This document shows positions 27,462 through 32,000 of a stretch of 32,000 nucleotides of DNA, one piece after another. The position numbers and the translations under genes were made by a program. Under the pieces are notes generated by a model. That model was not told the origin of the DNA and did not search any database. It saw nothing but the letters and a program-made list of their open reading frames with translations. Every line of letters starts with the position of its first letter. The stretch's first letter is position 1. The stretch is from contig NC_017459.1 of NCBI RefSeq assembly GCF_000237865.1, positions 600,001 through 632,000 of the forward strand, given 5' to 3'. This DNA comes from Haloquadratum walsbyi C23 (GTDB lineage: Archaea; Halobacteriota; Halobacteria; Halobacteriales; Haloferacaceae).

Positions 27462-28130
27462 TCAATCCTGTGGACTGTACTTGAGCAGTGTTTCCGCCTC
27501 ATCGGCGATTGCAACTGCATCTGGTCCGAGTGAATCTGCATGTCTGAGTATCAACGTGAGAATTATCTCGGGTTCTTTAATTGTATAATCGTCAGTACGG
27601 GATATGAGCCCAGCATCATCAAGCTTTGAACTGTATGTGCTCACCGTCGCCTGTGAGACATCAAGAACTGTGGCAAGGTCAGCACCAGTTGCTGTTGGAT
27701 CTTTTAATAGCTCAATCAATATACCCCGTGGGGTCGTTCGGCGAAGAAATCCGAGTGCAACCTGTTCAAATGTATTAAACCGTCCGCTGAGATAGAATCG
27801 CTTGTAATCGCCATCGCGGTGAATTGTGAGTTTCCCATCATCAACAAGCCGACGGAGATGATGTTGTGTCTCACCAGTCCCGAGTTTTAATTCATCGCGA
27901 ATTTTTGAGAAATGCACCCCAGGCGTTGAGCTAACATATCCAACAATTGCCTTACGAACCTCATTGCGGTTATCTGATCCAGTCTGTTCATGATCCTGTG
28001 TTCTTTCTGCGCCTGTATTATCTGTTGTCCTCTCTCCTCCACCGAGTACTGCAAGTGGTGACGCAGCACCAATCGTCGCGAACCGTCGCAGTGTCGCTCG
28101 CTTATTTTCGTCGATATTGCGATTTCCCAT
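27462..28130 (-). CDS. Transcriptional regulator with two wHTH (ArsR/MarR-like) domains and an N-terminal twin-arginine-like motif
   Basis: 222-aa ORF with ATG at 28130. First wHTH: VHFSKIRDELKLGTGETQHHLRRLVDDGKL. Second wHTH: TGADLATVLDVSQATVSTYSSKLDDAGLI. N-terminus: RATLRRFATIGAASPLAVLGGG. Confidence 0.75.
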   Translation of the reverse strand: MGNRNIDENKRATLRRFATIGAASPLAVLGGGERTTDNTGAERTQDHEQTGSDNRNEVRKAIVGYVSSTPGVHFSKIRDELKLGTGETQHHLRRLVDDGKLTIHRDGDYKRFYLSGRFNTFEQVALGFLRRTTPRGILIELLKDPTATGADLATVLDVSQATVSTYSSKLDDAGLISRTDDYTIKEPEIILTLILRHADSLGPDAVAIADEAETLLKYSPQD

Positions 28131-28308
28131 CTATACGAGTTTCAATTAATTTATGATTTACTGACAGACTGAATTACCGTACGATCTACTTTGACGGGTA
28201 AAATGCGGTGAGAGGTAAAGAAACCTGTTGTATTTCTCAGTTTTACGATATGGTGAAGATAAGTACATCACGTCAAGTATCTAATTACCGGTTTTCCCGG
28301 CTTTTTAT

Positions 28309-29484
28309 TCACTCACGCTCGGTCTCAACAGCGCGCTCGGCTTCGCCGTCTTGCATTTTTTCGGTTTTTTCAGCAGTGATCTGATCTGCATCCTTGATAT
28401 CATTTGTCTCTCCTGCTTTGATTGCTTCGGCTTCTTGTTCAAGTTCTTCGAGATCCATTTCTGCAGCCTCATCAATTTGTCCAAGAATCCTCTCAATGTC
28501 ATCGAGTCCAAGAAGCTCACGCGTCTCATCATCGAAATCAAGACTTTCAAGACCGGCTTCCTCTTGTACGTCTGAATTGGTTAGTTGCCGACCATACCGA
28601 CCGAGTAGACTGGTTAGTTCCTGTGGAAGAACAAATGTCGTTGATTCACCCTCACCAATTGACTCAAGCGTCTCCATTCCACGTTCGATCACGGCACGCT
28701 CACCCATCGATTCTGAGGACTTCGCCCGCAGCACCGTTGATATAGCATCTCCTTGCGCTTCAAGAATCTGACTTTGCTTTTCACCCTGTGCACGGACAAT
28801 ATTCGATTGCTTTTCACCCTCTGCCTGCTCAACCGCCGATCGGCGTTCTCCTTGCGCCTCCAGAATCATGGCACGACGCCGACGCTCTGCAGAGGTCTGT
28901 TGTTCCATTGCCTGCTGGACTTCTTTCGAAGGATTAACTTCCCTTACTTCGACGGATTCAACGCGAATCCCCCATTCATCTGTTGGTTCATCAAGCTCCT
29001 CGCGAATTTTCGAGTTTATTTCTTGCCGCTTATTCAGCGTATCATCAAGTTCCATATCACCAAGCACCGCTCGAAGGGTTGTCTGTGCGAGATTCGAGAC
29101 AGCCTTTTTATAATCATCAACTTCGAGGAAAGCTTTCTTAGCGTCCATAACCTTGATGTATACGACAGCGTCGGCAGTGACTGGTGAATTGTCCCGCGTG
29201 ATAGCTTCTTGTCGGGGGACATCCAATGTCTGCGTTCGCATGTCAAACGCGTATGTTCGCGAAACGAACGGTGGAATAAAGCTGATCCCCGGTTCGAGCA
29301 GGTGACGGAACTCACCAAAGACAGTTAATGCTTCTTTCTCATATGCATCAACAATCTCAACCATTTGATAAACAGTGACGATTGCAAGGAATAATCCAAG
29401 CAACCCGACAAGGGACGTGCCTAGACCAATCCCAGCCTGAATCGGGAGTTGCGCTCCTTGACCCGTCACAACAATGATATCCAT
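28309..29484 (-). CDS. SPFH/band-7 (stomatin/prohibitin-like) membrane protein with a long acidic C-terminal tail
   Basis: N-terminal TM anchor, then an SPFH core (EKEALTVFGEFRHLLEPGISFIPPFV, RDNSPVTADAVVYIKV, TLRAVLGDMELDDTL, WGIRVESVEVREV). A coiled-coil EAQGE repeat region follows. ATG at 29484; the track start at 29562 is GTG. Confidence 0.88.
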   Translation of the reverse strand: MDIIVVTGQGAQLPIQAGIGLGTSLVGLLGLFLAIVTVYQMVEIVDAYEKEALTVFGEFRHLLEPGISFIPPFVSRTYAFDMRTQTLDVPRQEAITRDNSPVTADAVVYIKVMDAKKAFLEVDDYKKAVSNLAQTTLRAVLGDMELDDTLNKRQEINSKIREELDEPTDEWGIRVESVEVREVNPSKEVQQAMEQQTSAERRRRAMILEAQGERRSAVEQAEGEKQSNIVRAQGEKQSQILEAQGDAISTVLRAKSSESMGERAVIERGMETLESIGEGESTTFVLPQELTSLLGRYGRQLTNSDVQEEAGLESLDFDDETRELLGLDDIERILGQIDEAAEMDLEELEQEAEAIKAGETNDIKDADQITAEKTEKMQDGEAERAVETERE

Positions 29485-29680
29485 ATATAATATTAGGGCG
29501 GAGTTCGGATAAGCTTGGCTCTCAATTACACCTATCGTGGTTGTAATAGATAATATAGTCACTATCAGTATCTTAAGAGACCGATTATCGATCTGAGATA
29601 ATCCAAATCAAGTTGATATCAGCATGTTGGAACTCATGTGATTCGAATTGTTTACTATATCATGCTGTATATAGATATAC

Positions 29681-30709
29681 ATGACAGCGGCACTCGTCGC
29701 CGAGAACGTGTATAAATCATATGGCGACGTAAGAGCACTTGATGGTGTTTCACTTTCAGTCGACGCAGGAGAGATGTTTGGATTGGTCGGACCGAATGGC
29801 GCTGGAAAGACAACGCTTGTTCGCGCGCTGACCGGAACAACAACTGTCAGAGGGCAATTATCAATTCGTGGAGTCACCCCAACGAAGCTTGATAAATCAC
29901 AAGTCGGTGTACTCCCGCAATCATTCACACCCCCCGGTCGACTGACAGCACACGAACTCATTGAATACTATGCAGGACTATATGACGATACCCGTGATCC
30001 TGTAACGGTTCTCGATGATGTCGGTCTCAGTGGTGACTCAACAACACAATGGTATGAAACACTCTCAGGGGGACAGCAACGCCGTGTTTGTGTTGCAATC
30101 GCATTGATTAATGATCCTGCAGTTTTATTCTTAGACGAACCGACGACCGGCATTGATCCTGCGGGTCGTCGCTCCCTCTGGTCACTTCTTGAAACACTCG
30201 CCGCTGGTGGGACGACTGTCTTCCTCACAAGTCATTCAATGACGGAAGTTGAGCGACTTGCCGACCGTGTTGGGTTTTTGAATGACGGTCAATTGCTGAC
30301 TATCGGTGACCCACAATCGCTTATTGACACCCATGCTGGAGAAAACAAACTTATCATTGAGACCGAAACTGCGCTTGATTCAACAGCATTTTCATCACTG
30401 TCATTTGACATTCAAACCAGTGTATCAGGCACTCGTACAGTCGTCAAATCGGTTGGTCCCCGTGATATCGGTGATATTATTGATGCAGTTGATATGACCA
30501 CCGTGACTGTTGAATCGCTCACGTGGAAGCAGCCTGATCTTGAGGATGTTTATCTTGCATTGGCTGGTGAGACACTCAACCCGAGTAGAACCACTAAGAC
30601 ATCAAACTCAAATGAGGATACTGCTCCCCGTATTGACGATGTCAATACTGGTGGAAATGTTATGTCACAGACTGCTATTACAACAACCACAGAGGAGTCA
30701 GATCAATGA
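29681..30709 (+). CDS. ABC transporter ATP-binding protein (ABC-2 / DrrA-CcmA type)
   Basis: Walker [10 protein letters not shown], signature LSGGQQRRV, Walker [14 protein letters not shown]-loop TSHSM. The stop overlaps the permease start (ATGA). Confidence 0.92.
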   Translation: MTAALVAENVYKSYGDVRALDGVSLSVDAGEMFGLVGPNGAGKTTLVRALTGTTTVRGQLSIRGVTPTKLDKSQVGVLPQSFTPPGRLTAHELIEYYAGLYDDTRDPVTVLDDVGLSGDSTTQWYETLSGGQQRRVCVAIALINDPAVLFLDEPTTGIDPAGRRSLWSLLETLAAGGTTVFLTSHSMTEVERLADRVGFLNDGQLLTIGDPQSLIDTHAGENKLIIETETALDSTAFSSLSFDIQTSVSGTRTVVKSVGPRDIGDIIDAVDMTTVTVESLTWKQPDLEDVYLALAGETLNPSRTTKTSNSNEDTAPRIDDVNTGGNVMSQTAITTTTEESDQ

Positions 30710-31467
30710 CCCGTCATAGTCGTATTCGTGCTGAATTTACAGCTGCGTGGCATGCGTTTCTTCGCCGACGGACAGCAGTATTTTTCACCTTCTTCTTTCC
30801 AGCAATCATCGTCGTTATATTCGGTGCACTGGTGCAAACACAACCGACAGGTGGTGGTCTTTTTGCTGAGCCTCGAGCATATTATATTGCCGGGTATCTC
30901 TCCGTTGTCGTGCTATTCACGCCATTATCTCGTGTTGGCAGTACTGTTGCTCGATATCGCAGTGGAAGCCGATTTGAGAAACTTGCAACAACACCATTAT
31001 CACGTGGTGAATGGCTTCTTGCACAATCACTTGTCAATGTGGTTGTTATCGGTATCGCCGCCGGATTACTACTAATCTTATCCGTGCTTGTGACCAATAC
31101 GACACTTCCACTGAATCTTACAACATTATTCATTATTCCATTTATTATTCTTGGTGTTGTATTGTTTTGTGGAGTCGGTGCAATTATTGGTCGTGTTGCA
31201 GGTTCTCAAGATGGGGTCATTGCTGCGTCGAACGCTATTGCACTTCCATTATTATTCCTTTCTGAGACATTTGTCACCCCATCGCTCCTTCCGGTCTGGT
31301 TTCGCCCTGTATTAGGTCTATCCCCACTCACATATATCGCTCGAGGCATTCGATCAGTGACATATCTAGAGGCAACAACAGCCCCACTGGGCAACCTCGG
31401 TGTTGTCACGGTGATTGCGATCATCGCGTTCCTTGCTGGCACAAGAGCCGTCCCACAGACTGATTGA
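30706..31467 (+). CDS. ABC-2 type transporter permease
   Basis: 253-aa ORF with 6 predicted TM helices, translationally coupled to the preceding ATPase. Typical ABC-2 topology. Confidence 0.85.
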   Translation: MTRHSRIRAEFTAAWHAFLRRRTAVFFTFFFPAIIVVIFGALVQTQPTGGGLFAEPRAYYIAGYLSVVVLFTPLSRVGSTVARYRSGSRFEKLATTPLSRGEWLLAQSLVNVVVIGIAAGLLLILSVLVTNTTLPLNLTTLFIIPFIILGVVLFCGVGAIIGRVAGSQDGVIAASNAIALPLLFLSETFVTPSLLPVWFRPVLGLSPLTYIARGIRSVTYLEATTAPLGNLGVVTVIAIIAFLAGTRAVPQTD

Positions 31468-31564
31468 TATCGATATCAACTCATGTTAGCGATCGAGAAA
31501 TCGATGTATGATTAAGTTGGGACAACATTCAGTATATCCCCGACATCAATATTGATTGCACGAG

Positions 31565-32000
31565 ATGACTACTAATATATCGAGCGTCTTCGATCAACTG
31601 ATAGACAGTGGTGTCGTTGCTGTTATGCGAGGTGCGGATGCGGATACGATTATTGACGTTGCAACAGCGCTTCATGACGGTGGTGTGACTGCATATGAAA
31701 TAACTGCTGACAACGCTAATGCAGCTGCCCTTATCAGTGAGGTCCGTGCATCGTTTCGCGATTCAGAGGCCATTGTTGGGGCTGGCACTGTACTTGATTC
31801 GCCGACAGCTCAAGAGATGATAACAAGCGGTGCTGAATTCATTGTTGGACCAACTTTTGATCCTGATATTCTCGAAATATGCAATCGACATGGCACGCTC
31901 GTTGCGCCGGGTATCCTCTCCCCGACAGAGGCGCTTAATGCATACGAGGCTGGTGCGGACCTTCTGAAGGTATTCCCAGCGGCGACAGTTGGACCAACAC
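31565..32000 (+). CDS. eda: KDPG/KHG aldolase (Eda family), 5' partial, runs off the window end
   Basis: Not in the ORF track. My own translation from ATG 31565 gives MTTNISSVFDQLIDSGVVAVMRGADADTIIDVATALHDGGVTAYEIT...GAGTVL...GAEFIVGP...APGILSPTEALNAYEAGADLLKVFPA. These are the class-I aldolase motifs, including the Schiff-base Lys in KVFPA. Confidence 0.85.
   Translation, partial: MTTNISSVFDQLIDSGVVAVMRGADADTIIDVATALHDGGVTAYEITADNANAAALISEVRASFRDSEAIVGAGTVLDSPTAQEMITSGAEFIVGPTFDPDILEICNRHGTLVAPGILSPTEALNAYEAGADLLKVFPAATVGPT

Noticed and set aside
1-32000. CRISPR arrays, IS elements or transposases, toxin-antitoxin pairs, restriction-modification or other defence modules
   Set aside because: I scanned both strands and all track ORFs. 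I found no spaced direct-repeat array, no DDE/HUH/integrase-like protein, and no small paired ORFs with TA-like features.

Overview
This window looks like a chromosomal segment of a haloarchaeon. The predicted proteins are strongly acidic (D/E/T-rich linkers), secreted proteins carry Tat signals with a lipobox, and the tRNA promoter has an archaeal BRE/TATA. The DNA is visibly AT-richer than most haloarchaea, which fits a Haloquadratum-like genome; that assignment is inference only. I support 25 protein-coding genes and one tRNA. They are an MFS transporter; a pstSCAB phosphate ABC operon (minus strand, no phoU); a conserved acidic protein; tRNA-Phe(GAA) next to a ~1.5 kb coding-poor stretch; a phosphoribosyltransferase; a ribokinase-like PfkB kinase; two proteins of unknown function; a five-gene Dpp/Opp-type peptide ABC operon (dppABCDF, minus strand); an oxalate/formate-type MFS; gamma-glutamyltransferase; an AglD-like GT2-membrane fusion; two wHTH proteins; an SPFH/stomatin protein; an ABC-2 exporter pair; and the 5' part of a KDPG/KHG aldolase gene. 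I see no CRISPR array, transposase, integrase or recognisable defence system. The most unusual thing I can show from the sequence is that the Dpp substrate-binding lipoprotein is a clean circular permutation of the canonical family-5 fold. It sits in an operon whose DppC and DppF also carry large non-canonical additions. Secondary signals are a GC-rich hairpin element present twice (near 353-405 and 26860-26915), several operator-like palindromes and tandem octamers in divergent promoter regions, and a Tat-like motif on a double-wHTH regulator. The ORF track uses TTG/GTG as starts, so I trimmed several ORFs to the first ATG that agrees with the neighbouring gene's stop. All homology statements rest on motif recognition by eye; no searches were run.
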